A stretch of DNA of 50,952 nucleotides from Pseudobdellovibrionaceae bacterium (GCA_036559425.1 DATBTE010000389.1:1-50952), one strand, 5' to 3'; positions 11,232-19,287 are shown, counted from the stretch's first letter. The notes: generated from the letters alone by a model not told the origin. Program-made: numbers and translations.

Positions 11232-12170
11232 ATGAAAAATTTTTCTCTTATAGCCTTTTCTTTGATTCTAAATTTTGTATCTGTAGCTTGCCAAACCATT
11301 GATCGAACCACTCCGGTGATTCGACGTGAAGTGAAGGATCAATCTTTTGCCGGAAAGAGTGATAATGGTCAGCCCCGTAAGCGATTGATGGTATTGCCTT
11401 TCATTGATAGCTCCGCCCAGCATCCTGAGTATCTTCGTGACAAAGCTCGTGCGACTTTTCTTAAAGAACTCAATAAGTCTGGTGAAGTCGTAGCCGTGGA
11501 TAGTCGCGATATGAAATCAGAGGTCTTAAAGCCAGAGGAAAAAGGTGAGTATGACCTTAAAGAAATTGCCAAGCAAGCCCAGGGGCAAGGTTTCAATGCC
11601 GTGCTTGAGGGCAAAATAATTGATGTCCGCGTCGCACGGAAAGCGGATAAAGTCGGCTTGGTTCGGCAAATGAAGAGTGAGTTTGAAGCCGTGGTCCGCG
11701 TCCGTGTGGTGAGCACTCGTAACGGTCAAGAAGTTTTTAACACTGTAAAAACTGTGAATCTTGAAGAGCCTACGGTTCGCGTTGTTGAGCGCGTGGAGAC
11801 GGATAAATTTCTGCAAAATAATCCCGAGCTGATTGAATCCATTATCCGCGACGCCTTTTTGGATTTTGTGCCGCAGGTTCTCGCCTCTTTCGGCAAAGTC
11901 AGTTGGGAAGGACGGATTGCCGCTCTCAATGGCGATCGCATTTATTTGAACGTGGGACGCACTTCCGGCATTCAGGTCGGGGATCTGCTGAAGGTTTTAG
12001 AGCAAGGGGACGATGTCTATGACCCTGAAAGTGGAGGGCACATCGGAACAGTGCCTGGTCGATTGAAGGGCACCCTTGAGGTCATTAGCTACTTTGGAAA
12101 CGATGGCTCCATTGCCGTGATTCATTCAGGCTCTGGTTTCAAAGAAAATGATCGTGTAGAACTCTATTGA
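11232..12170 (+). CDS. Lipoprotein, CsgG/FlgT-like
   Basis: Lipobox SVAC; RKRLMVLPF alpha/beta domain; C-terminal IYLNVG..GIQVGD (FlgT_C-like). Confidence 0.65.
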   Translation: MKNFSLIAFSLILNFVSVACQTIDRTTPVIRREVKDQSFAGKSDNGQPRKRLMVLPFIDSSAQHPEYLRDKARATFLKELNKSGEVVAVDSRDMKSEVLKPEEKGEYDLKEIAKQAQGQGFNAVLEGKIIDVRVARKADKVGLVRQMKSEFEAVVRVRVVSTRNGQEVFNTVKTVNLEEPTVRVVERVETDKFLQNNPELIESIIRDAFLDFVPQVLASFGKVSWEGRIAALNGDRIYLNVGRTSGIQVGDLLKVLEQGDDVYDPESGGHIGTVPGRLKGTLEVISYFGNDGSIAVIHSGSGFKENDRVELY

Positions 12171-12262
12171 GAGCGGATTGATACGCAATGTTATCGACAC
12201 GCCTTCGTTGTCTATTCGGGGATTTTTGAGTTATAAAGAATTTTCTTTGTGAGTTTTCAATT

Positions 12263-12338
12263 GGTCTGTTAGCGCAGTTGGTAGCGCGTTCCCTTGACAT
12301 GGGAGAGGTCACAAGTTCGAGTCTTGTACAGACCACCA
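12263..12338 (+). tRNA. tRNA-Val(GAC), host; prophage integration target
   Basis: Cloverleaf GGTCTGT/ACAGACC, D-stem GCGC, anticodon loop TT-GAC-AT, TTCGAGT T-loop, encoded CCA. Confidence 0.97.
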
Positions 12339-12341
12339 ATT
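12319..12341 (+). repeat. attL core (23 bp)
   Basis: GAGTCTTGTACAGACCACCAATT, identical to 49781-49803. Confidence 0.97.
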
Positions 12342-12350
12342 ATATTCTAC

Positions 12351-12399
12351 AAGCCTAGTAATACACGCCTTAAATGGTTTGAAATTACTAGGCTTTTTT
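12351..12399 (+). terminator. Phage-borne intrinsic terminator just inside attL
   Basis: 12-bp stem AAGCCTAGTAAT/ATTACTAGGCTT with a 21-nt loop, followed by a T run. Confidence 0.65.
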
Positions 12400-12474
12400 C
12401 ATTTTTCAGAGCCAAAAATCAGACTTCGCATATTTCGCTTCAACGCGAATATACACGTAGAGCGACGTTTTGAA

Positions 12475-12495
12475 TGTTTCGGATTTGTTTCGGGA
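12475..12495 (+). promoter_or_regulatory. Probable integrase arm-type sites (left arm)
   Basis: Tandem TGTTTCGGATT-TGTTTCGGGA; 14 bp identical to 49703-49716. Confidence 0.65.
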
Positions 12496-12575
12496 GATTT
12501 TTCCCGATTCTTCATTAAACAAAAAAATACCAATTCCAATTTATCAATCTGCACTTCCGCTGGGGGGCGGGAAAT

Positions 12576-12821
12576 ATGGGATATAAAAAAAATAACCTGA
12601 ATCATAAGTACAAATTAAACTCTCGGCTGATCTATGACCGCCTAGAAATCATGCAAAAAGATCTGGCATGGCTCGGCTCGCAAGTCGGGGTGGGCTACCA
12701 GTGCATTTTAAATAATTGCCGTAATCAGCGCATTCTTTCGCCACAGAATTTTGAGCGAATGCCCGGGGCTCTTGGTGTTTCACGCGATGAGTTACTGCTG
12801 CCTTTGGGCGGGGGTAAGTGA
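12576..12821 (+). CDS. Phage HTH (XRE-like) protein
   Basis: LAWLGSQVGVGYQCI helix-turn-helix; ALGVSRDELL terminus; overlaps the initiator start. Confidence 0.7.
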   Translation: MGYKKNNLNHKYKLNSRLIYDRLEIMQKDLAWLGSQVGVGYQCILNNCRNQRILSPQNFERMPGALGVSRDELLLPLGGGK

Positions 12822-13384
12822 TGGCGAAACGATTCACCAATACTGATAAGTGGGATGACGACTGGTTCCTGGAGTTACCACCGCTCATGAAATGCGTCTG
12901 GGAGTACCTCCGCGACAAGTGTGATGGAGGCACTGGCTTTGCCAAGGTAAGCTTCACTCGGATGAGTAGAGACATTAAGGGGAAGGTTACACGCGAAGCC
13001 TTTGATAAACATTTCAGCGAAAGAGTCCATTGGATAAACGAGGATAGGCTTTGGGTAATAGGCTACCTGTTTGAGCAGTTCAAAAATCTTTCGTCAACCA
13101 ATAAAGCACATATCAACATGGCCAAGAAGGTTCTTGCAGAAGTTGAAAAAGATGCAGTGCAAATGAACACCAAGGCTCAAAGTGCAGTCGTCAAACTTTC
13201 GACCCTCCTTAGACCCTCGATAGAGGGTCCCCTGACCCTCGACGATTCTTTAGATAAAACAGGGGAGGGTCAACAGACCCTCATAGGATATAGGTTAAAG
13301 GATAAAGGATATAGGATAAATAAAAAGAAGAGAGATGAAAATTTTGAAGTTGGCGCGGAAGTGTTTGAAGGGACAGACGTATGA
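12818..13384 (+). CDS. Phage replication initiator
   Basis: MAKRFTNTDKWDDDWFLEL N-terminus typical of phage initiators; internal iterons followed by a K/D-rich tract. Confidence 0.75.
   Translation: MMAKRFTNTDKWDDDWFLELPPLMKCVWEYLRDKCDGGTGFAKVSFTRMSRDIKGKVTREAFDKHFSERVHWINEDRLWVIGYLFEQFKNLSSTNKAHINMAKKVLAEVEKDAVQMNTKAQSAVVKLSTLLRPSIEGPLTLDDSLDKTGEGQQTLIGYRLKDKGYRINKKKRDENFEVGAEVFEGTDV
13201..13329. promoter_or_regulatory. Putative phage replication origin (iterons plus purine-rich tract)
   Basis: GACCCTC at 13201, 13212, 13234, 13276; inverted GAGGGTC at 13223, 13265; then AGGATA-type repeats. Confidence 0.7.
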
Positions 13385-13740
13385 CTCCTGCCGAATTCAA
13401 TCCCATCTACAAACGCCTAGCAGACGCATATCCGACTCAATTCGCAAGCCAGACCAAAGCCATAGCTATTGCTCAAGAAGTCAAAGGGCTTGATTCTGTG
13501 TGGTTTGAGAGGCTTGTGAATAAGATCATCGCGGCAAATGACCCATTCGTGAAACTCGGTGATTTGATTAATGCTGAAAGGCGCAGGTTGACTCAAGAAT
13601 TTACCACGAGTGAGCAGTCGGCTGATTTCGAAAGATTGCGTAGAAACTCGACAGGTATGGGCTACGAATCGGAATTAAGAAAACTCGGCGCAAATTCCCT
13701 TTGGGATGCCGTGACTAAAGCGAAAACAAAACAGGCGTAA
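13381..13740 (+). CDS. Replication accessory protein (helicase loader/adaptor-like)
   Basis: MTPAEF...LADAYP N-terminus; ATGA-coupled to the initiator. Confidence 0.5.
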   Translation: MTPAEFNPIYKRLADAYPTQFASQTKAIAIAQEVKGLDSVWFERLVNKIIAANDPFVKLGDLINAERRRLTQEFTTSEQSADFERLRRNSTGMGYESELRKLGANSLWDAVTKAKTKQA

Positions 13741-13756
13741 AGCCAAAGGAGAGAAT

Positions 13757-14011
13757 GTGGATAATATTTTAAAAGCAAATGAAGGCGTAAGCAAAGCAGT
13801 CAAAGATTCAGAACAGGCGAAGGAGTGTATGAAGTTGATAAATAACTTTGGCTTACAATCACTCGTAATCCTTATAGCGCCACATCTGATGAAAGAAATC
13901 AAAGCGACTGATCCTGAAACTTATTACGGTTTAAAAATTGCACTTCAGAATTTCGAAAAAATGACCAAGGACATGTTGCTGAAACTCAGTAAAGAGTTAG
14001 AAACGCTTTAG
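13757..14011 (+). CDS. Phage hypothetical protein
   Basis: SD AAAGGAG, GTG start. Confidence 0.7.
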   Translation: MDNILKANEGVSKAVKDSEQAKECMKLINNFGLQSLVILIAPHLMKEIKATDPETYYGLKIALQNFEKMTKDMLLKLSKELETL

Positions 14012-14027
14012 CGAAAGGACAGGGGGC

Positions 14028-14306
14028 ATGAGCACTTCGATAATGACGACCACCAACAACGTCACTCAGGAATTACCGGAATTAAGCAGATTGGCATTTG
14101 ATGTAAATGTATCCAACAAAGTTATAGGCCAATACGCACGGCAAGGCTATTGGATCGTTTGTTGCTGTAATGAGGGCGAGACTGATGAATCTTTTTTAAG
14201 CAGAGCCTATTCAGCGGGAGCGACACATGTCTTTTCTCAAGACGCTGACATCGGAATAATCATTGAAAAAGAAGAATATGAAATGTTGTGGGTGAGATAT
14301 CTTTAA
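14028..14306 (+). CDS. Phage hypothetical protein
   Basis: ORF in the co-oriented array with a G-rich SD. Confidence 0.6.
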   Translation: MSTSIMTTTNNVTQELPELSRLAFDVNVSNKVIGQYARQGYWIVCCCNEGETDESFLSRAYSAGATHVFSQDADIGIIIEKEEYEMLWVRYL

Positions 14307-14336
14307 CCTGACAAAACATGACCAAGGAGCGAGAGA

Positions 14337-14585
14337 GTGAGTGAAGAAATAACAAAGCGCAAAGTCGAATCCGAAGAGGCAAAACTTTTAGTTCTTGAGA
14401 CCGCTAACAAGATTGATATGGTTTTGCGAGAAGCTTTCGGACCGATAAATGAACAACAAGCATGGCTCTTATGCGGTCGAGTTATAAACTTAATGTTTTC
14501 TCGATTTTATTTGCCTGCAATAGTTCAAACTGAAAAACGGCTAACCACATCCACCGCGAAAACGGAAGAGAATAGCGGCATATAA
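14337..14585 (+). CDS. Phage hypothetical protein
   Basis: SD AAGGAG; shares start and end linkers with neighbours. Confidence 0.7.
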   Translation: MSEEITKRKVESEEAKLLVLETANKIDMVLREAFGPINEQQAWLLCGRVINLMFSRFYLPAIVQTEKRLTTSTAKTEENSGI

Positions 14586-14705
14586 AGGATAAATATGAAA
14601 ATAAAAGATAACTTTCCAGATTTTGGCTTTGAATTAAAAACACAAATTGTTGAAAGCGAAACTGGTTTCAAATGGCATTGGTTATTTTTTTAAAGGAGCG
14701 AGAGA

Positions 14706-14954
14706 GTGAGAAATCAAGATGTATGGATTGAATCGAGAAAAGTATTTGAACGCCTCAGTAAAGACGCATGTATTGGTTTCTTGCATGGCGCTCTCGATGA
14801 CGAAGTGTTTGAGCCAAAGAATGATACTTGGATGCAATTATCTGAAAAAGAATTAAGAGACCTTTGTTGTGATTGCTACATACTTGCGGCGAAACAGATA
14901 CTTCAGGGCCGGGTTTTCAAAAGCGAAAATCAGCCAGCACATAAGATTCATTAA
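14706..14954 (+). CDS. Phage hypothetical protein
   Basis: Same 18-bp SD/start unit as 14337. Confidence 0.7.
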   Translation: MRNQDVWIESRKVFERLSKDACIGFLHGALDDEVFEPKNDTWMQLSEKELRDLCCDCYILAAKQILQGRVFKSENQPAHKIH

Positions 14955-14967
14955 AGGAGTGAGAGAT

Positions 14968-15117
14968 ATGGATTCAAATTCAGAAGAACGTCGCTGGCAG
15001 CAAGCTGTCATTGCTGATCTTAAGGGGTTTCAGGCTTTTAATAGGGCGCAAGGTGTTGCTAATTTAGCAATTTTGATTTTATTGGTCTGCTTAATTATTT
15101 TAGTGGTGTTTAAATGA
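14968..15117 (+). CDS. Small membrane protein
   Basis: SD AAGGAG; C-terminal TM helix. Confidence 0.6.
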   Translation: MDSNSEERRWQQAVIADLKGFQAFNRAQGVANLAILILLVCLIILVVFK

Positions 15118-15218
15118 GCGTAGTAAAATTGATTGATCCCCCAACCACATCCCCGGCAAAAACGGAAGAGAATAGCGACGCATAACGCAGCTAAGGTAGG
15201 AAAATTTAGAGGAGAATT

Positions 15219-15497
15219 ATGAAAACGAAAACAATCACACTCGAGAGATTCATTTCCATTAACGAAGTGACCGGAGAGACTTGGGATGTTTACAGGCACG
15301 ACAAGGACTATCGCTTAGATGCAGGTTGGAAATTGATTCCTTGTAAAGTCACCTTCGAAGTCCCACTGCCTGAGCCATCCGTGAGCATTACGCCGAGTAG
15401 ACTAGAAGAAATTCATGATGAGTGGATTGGAACCGTGACCAATATGAAATTTAGTACATATCTCAAACACAAGCTTTTCCCTGATTGGGAGGGGTAG
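15219..15497 (+). CDS. Phage hypothetical protein
   Basis: SD GAGGAG. Confidence 0.7.
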   Translation: MKTKTITLERFISINEVTGETWDVYRHDKDYRLDAGWKLIPCKVTFEVPLPEPSVSITPSRLEEIHDEWIGTVTNMKFSTYLKHKLFPDWEG

Positions 15498-16034
15498 GTG
15501 AGAATAATATCAGAACAAGAGTTAAAAGACATACTCGACAAACACGGCAAGTGGTTAAGAAATGAAGAGGGTGGCGAAAGAGCTAACCTAAGCTCTGCTA
15601 ACCTAAGCTCTGCTAACCTAAGCTCTGCTGACCTAAGCTCTGCTAACCTACGCTTTGTTGACCTAAGCTTTGCTAACCTAAGCTCTGCTAACCTACGCTT
15701 TGTTGACCTAAGCTCTGCTAACCTAAGCTCTGCTAACCTACGCTCTGCTGACCTAAGCTCTGCTAACCTACGCTTTGCTGACCTAAGCTCTGCTGATCTA
15801 CGCTCTGCTGACCTACGCTCTGCGGTTGGTTTTAAATTCACTCCATTGCAAGTCGTTAACACTAAATATTTTATCACTATCTTCGACGATCACGTTGTAT
15901 GGGGTTGTCGCAAGATGACTTTCGAGGAATTGAATAAGTTTGAGCTAAAAGATTGCACATCGCAATGGGATGAATCGGAGTTTAAACTTAACAAGAAAAT
16001 AATCACTGAAATGATTCGGTATTATCGGAAATAA
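15498..16034 (+). CDS. Pentapeptide repeat protein
   Basis: 16 A(N/D)Lxx repeats after ELKDILDKHGKWL..GERA N-cap. Confidence 0.92.
   Translation: MRIISEQELKDILDKHGKWLRNEEGGERANLSSANLSSANLSSADLSSANLRFVDLSFANLSSANLRFVDLSSANLSSANLRSADLSSANLRFADLSSADLRSADLRSAVGFKFTPLQVVNTKYFITIFDDHVVWGCRKMTFEELNKFELKDCTSQWDESEFKLNKKIITEMIRYYRK
15582..15821 (+). repeat. 15-bp coding tandem repeat, 16 copies
   Basis: GCTAACCTAAGCTCT consensus; encodes the pentapeptides. Confidence 0.95.
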
Positions 16035-16063
16035 CTAAAGCGCTAAGCGCGAAGGAGAGAAGT

Positions 16064-16345
16064 GTGAAGCTAAATTTAGATGCAAAAATAGAAGTAAGCG
16101 TTGGATGCGTTGAGTATTTAACCAAAGAAGTAGAGAATTTACGCCAAGAAAACAAAATGCTCAGAATTGAAAACACAGCGATCAATCGCTTTTTAACACT
16201 GATAGAATCAATTACGCCTAAAAACCAAAGCATTGGTTACGGTGAAGATAGACTTTGGCAAGCAAAGCGAGAAATTGAAAACGCTGTCGAATCAGTTGAA
16301 AAAGAGAGTATGGCAAAATCTGAGAGAGTTGCAGTAGCTGAGTAA
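16064..16345 (+). CDS. Phage coiled-coil hypothetical protein
   Basis: SD AAGGAG, GTG start. Confidence 0.7.
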   Translation: MKLNLDAKIEVSVGCVEYLTKEVENLRQENKMLRIENTAINRFLTLIESITPKNQSIGYGEDRLWQAKREIENAVESVEKESMAKSERVAVAE

Positions 16346-16374
16346 ATTAACCGCCGAGAGGCAAGGAGAGAAGT

Positions 16375-16596
16375 ATGACACAAGAACAATTGGACGAAGC
16401 ATTTGGACCTTTCAGAGAGACAACTCCTGTAACACTTCCAAAGTACATTGCTGTTAGAAATAAAGTGAAAGAGCTGGCTCAGCTAATCAATGATGAGTGT
16501 CCAGAGAGTCGAGAGAAAGCAACGGCATTGACGAATCTTCAAGCTGTGAAGATGTGGGCCAACGCTGCAATCGCAATTCATACGAAACCAGAGTAA
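16375..16596 (+). CDS. Acb2/Tad1-like helical-hairpin protein (candidate cyclic-nucleotide sponge)
   Basis: KY..VR...KELA.LIN..CPESREKA.ALT.LQ..KMWANAAIA motif; strong SD. Confidence 0.7.
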   Translation: MTQEQLDEAFGPFRETTPVTLPKYIAVRNKVKELAQLINDECPESREKATALTNLQAVKMWANAAIAIHTKPE

Positions 16597-16605
16597 TTAA
16601 TTCCT

Positions 16606-16713
16606 TCGGGGATGTAGATAGGTTCGGGGGCTAAGACTGAACTTGAACCCAAGTGCCCTCCTGGGCAGAAATGTACCGGGAAAGTGTTCAAGGTGCTGCA
16701 TTCCCGATTTTTT
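16606..16713 (+). ncRNA. Candidate structured RNA (multi-branched)
   Basis: 12-bp closing stem 16606-16617/16696-16707 plus U6; internal hairpins GGTTCGG/CTGAACT and TGCCC/GGGCA; TGAAC/GTTCA stem. Confidence 0.45.
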
Positions 16714-16724
16714 GAGGTGAGAGA

Positions 16725-16871
16725 ATGAGAAATATCATATTAAATATTTTGTATTACGGATTTATTTTATCTGTAATTTTTTTCTTCTCATACATAGGCT
16801 TTGAAGCTGATTTTTATTTAAAAAAACAAGCTGTGAAAGAAGCAATTAAAGAAATGAAGAGTGAAAAATGA
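16725..16871 (+). CDS. Small membrane protein (48 aa, below the ORF-track cutoff)
   Basis: SD GAGGTG; TM helix; ATGA overlap with the next gene. Confidence 0.65.
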   Translation: MRNIILNILYYGFILSVIFFFSYIGFEADFYLKKQAVKEAIKEMKSEK

Positions 16872-17101
16872 GCCTGCAAGCACTGATTGAGAAAATAAGA
16901 ACCGATGATTTTGATGGCACACTATCCGCAGCAAAAGCTTTAGAAGCCCTCTGCCAAGCTGCTGAAGTGATGAGAAGAGCGTTAGACTATTACCAAAATT
17001 CCGGAAATTACTCTGCCAAAGATTTGTTGGCATACAAAGACATGAAGGCCCGCGACGCTATAATTACAGTCGAAGAAATCTGCAAAGGAGTTGAGGGGTG
17101 A
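16868..17101 (+). CDS. Phage hypothetical protein
   Basis: Translationally coupled at both ends. Confidence 0.7.
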   Translation: MSLQALIEKIRTDDFDGTLSAAKALEALCQAAEVMRRALDYYQNSGNYSAKDLLAYKDMKARDAIITVEEICKGVEG

Positions 17102-17283
17102 GACGTAGCACGATGATTGAATATATTAATGATCTTGTCGGCTCTGGTTTATGCTCAAATGCTGAAACAATTCTTTCTTTCATAGAAGATCTTGGGATGT
17201 TGCCTCCAAAATCCACTAAGTATATCGATTGCAACGGTGAGGGACATCTTGTTAATGAGTGGGATGAGGAGGACTCCAAATGA
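17098..17283 (+). CDS. Phage hypothetical protein
   Basis: GTGA/ATGA overlaps; GMLPP..EWDEE pattern. Confidence 0.65.
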   Translation: MRRSTMIEYINDLVGSGLCSNAETILSFIEDLGMLPPKSTKYIDCNGEGHLVNEWDEEDSK

Positions 17284-17720
17284 GTGAGGTGAAGCCGGAA
17301 TTATCTCCCCTTGATAGCGATGGTCCAGAATTATCATGTCCGTACATTGACGGTGTAATTAAAAGATATCCTGAGTCTAAAAATACACTTGAGTACGTTC
17401 GATCAATTAACTCTCAGCTAAGATATGATGCCAACGGTTATAAAGAGATTTATCAAAGCCTGAAATCCGATTATGATCAGCTCAAAAAAGAGAATGAGGA
17501 ATTGAAAGAGATGAGTAAATTCGGATGGCAATGCTATCAGGACCGCTGTGAAGGAGCTTATATTGAGGTTTCAATTGTAAAGAAGCTTAATGAGAAACTC
17601 GATCTTGCGATTGAGGCATTGGATAAAATTTCAGTTGGTTCAATGCCTGGTGGTTCATATAGTCGCCGTATAATTGCCCAAGAAACTTTAGCAAAACTCC
17701 GAGGCGAAAATGCTGAGTGA
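17280..17720 (+). CDS. Phage coiled-coil hypothetical protein
   Basis: CPYIDGVI..LEYVRSINSQLR motif; coupled. Confidence 0.7.
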   Translation: MSEVKPELSPLDSDGPELSCPYIDGVIKRYPESKNTLEYVRSINSQLRYDANGYKEIYQSLKSDYDQLKKENEELKEMSKFGWQCYQDRCEGAYIEVSIVKKLNEKLDLAIEALDKISVGSMPGGSYSRRIIAQETLAKLRGENAE

Positions 17721-17955
17721 AGCTGATAAGGAATTATTAAAGAAATTTGAACATAGTTGCTCTGATGCCAGAATTGGAGATGTTGCTGATCTTCTATCTA
17801 TCATAGACCGCCAAAGCAAAGCTCTTGCAAAGTGTGTGGAGCAAAGGAATGATTTATTTGATCCAGGCGGTGAATGCCCACCAGATCAACACATACAAGC
17901 GTTGAAAGACTACAATAAAGAGCTAAAATCAATCATGCAAGGCGGTGGTGAGTGA
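17710..17955 (+). CDS. Phage hypothetical protein
   Basis: Overlaps neighbours; SD GAGG. Confidence 0.65.
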   Translation: MLSEADKELLKKFEHSCSDARIGDVADLLSIIDRQSKALAKCVEQRNDLFDPGGECPPDQHIQALKDYNKELKSIMQGGGE

Positions 17956-18167
17956 GAAATAAACATGCTGTAAGAAATGAAGATGAATCAATATGGGTAT
18001 ATTTCTCTGGTGAAGTTCCAAGAAATGGGGAAAGCGTTTGTTTTATCGGCGATAAGACTGAATATGAAGTATATAAAGTTCTTTGGTTCATTGAATCAAA
18101 TGATTTCGGATCACAAGCGAGAGTTTATATTCGTCCAAAGGAATCCAATGATGAAATCCAAAACTGA
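17952..18167 (+). CDS. Phage hypothetical protein (small beta-barrel)
   Basis: VPRNGESV..YEVYKVLW pattern; GTGA overlap. Confidence 0.65.
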   Translation: MRNKHAVRNEDESIWVYFSGEVPRNGESVCFIGDKTEYEVYKVLWFIESNDFGSQARVYIRPKESNDEIQN

Positions 18168-18182
18168 TGCAAGAGGTGGGGA

Positions 18183-18377
18183 GTGAAGAAGAATACAGTG
18201 CTTCTTTTTTCTGCTCTAGCGATGTCTGGCATTATGGCTGGTGATTATCCCAAGCGCAGATACAACTATAGAACTCCAAAAGACAACAATAAGTTTAAAC
18301 TGACACCTGAAGAAATTGAACTAATGGAAGAGATGACACCGAAAGAGAAAAAGAAGTTTTTGAAAGGTCGAGTATGA
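18183..18377 (+). CDS. Phage hypothetical protein
   Basis: SD GAGGTGG; ATGA overlap with the next gene. Confidence 0.6.
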   Translation: MKKNTVLLFSALAMSGIMAGDYPKRRYNYRTPKDNNKFKLTPEEIELMEEMTPKEKKKFLKGRV

Positions 18378-18934
18378 AATCCAAATTTGCGCTGGCTTCG
18401 GAATACATGAAAATTCAGCAAGGTTTAAATACAAGCGCGACACGATACGATGCCTTCCTCGCAGGCTTTGACTCACGTGATGCGGAGATTGCAATGCTGA
18501 AAATGAAGTGTGAATCGCTTCAGGCGAAATTCAAATCGCAAGACGACCACCTTAAAGCCATGGCGTGTGAAAGTTTTAACGATAACTTTAAGTTGATTGA
18601 ACTCGAACAAGAAAAACGTAACCTCCTCTCAACCGCAGAAACCGATCTTATGCGCATAGCTGAGTTAAGAGATGAAAATAAGTATTTGAAAGAGCGTCTG
18701 GCGCGGTATGAGGATAAGCTCCTTGGGGCGACCATGACACTCGATGAAAAGTGGGATGAGCTTAAGCCAATCGTGCTTGCGTATCTTGAGGACGGTTGGA
18801 GTAAAGAGTGCGCTTTTAAGAAAGCCGGTGTAAAGCCGTATGGGAAGATGTATCGGCTTTGCTATTTAGAGGATGAGGAATTTAAAGCGAAGGTCCGGGA
18901 AATTCTTGATTGTGGACCCGAGGGCAGGACTTGA
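18374..18934 (+). CDS. Phage coiled-coil protein with C-terminal HTH-like segment
   Basis: Heptads, then LEDGWSKECAFKKAGV. Confidence 0.65.
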   Translation: MKSKFALASEYMKIQQGLNTSATRYDAFLAGFDSRDAEIAMLKMKCESLQAKFKSQDDHLKAMACESFNDNFKLIELEQEKRNLLSTAETDLMRIAELRDENKYLKERLARYEDKLLGATMTLDEKWDELKPIVLAYLEDGWSKECAFKKAGVKPYGKMYRLCYLEDEEFKAKVREILDCGPEGRT

Positions 18935-18989
18935 ACCTGCGACCTTTAGCTTATTACACTAACGCTCTAACCAGCTGAGCTACCAAGGG
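18913..18989 (-). tRNA. Phage tRNA-like gene, anticodon AAT (Ile-type), non-canonical
   Basis: Minus strand CCCTTGG-TA-GCTC-AGCTGGTTA-GAGC-G-TTAGT-GTAATAA-GCTAA-AGGTC-GCAGG-TTCAAGT-CCTGC-CCTCGGG-T-CCA; two acceptor-stem mismatches. Confidence 0.85.
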
Positions 18990-19092
18990 ATGAAATGTAA
19001 TAAACCCTGTATTAACTGCGCCCAGGGACTGAGGGCTTCTCATCAACTTCTAAGCTTTCGCTCCATCGACAATCTCCTCGGCGGCTCAAATA

Positions 19093-19287
19093 TCAAACAC
19101 TATCTTCGTTTTCTTTCACAAGCATTTCAGCACACTCGCGAAGTATTTTATTACGCTCTGGCGGTAACTTATAAAGCTTTGCCTTTAATTCGGCAGTCAT
19201 TGGTATTGAATAATGCGAATTAATAGGAGCGGGTTTTTCTCTTGATTTTAGTTTAAAATCAACTTTTTTCATTCCGATAGCATCCAA
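19093..19287 (-). CDS. Ribbon-helix-helix-like small DNA-binding protein
   Basis: HYSIPMT strand plus two helices (AELKAKLYKL / NKILRECAEML); start may be 19272. Confidence 0.5.
   Translation of the reverse strand: MDAIGMKKVDFKLKSREKPAPINSHYSIPMTAELKAKLYKLPPERNKILRECAEMLVKENEDSV

Noticed and set aside
187-12339. Numerous antisense and alternate-frame ORFs within host genes (also within phage structural genes)
   Set aside because: Shadow frames of well-supported CDS or the tRNA, without SDs or motifs
15582-15821. Possible CRISPR array
   Set aside because: Contiguous 15-mers with no spacers, in frame in a pentapeptide protein; no cas genes
18990-19223. Plus-strand 77-aa ORF
   Set aside because: Shadow of the minus-strand RHH-like gene and tRNA leader; no recognisable features
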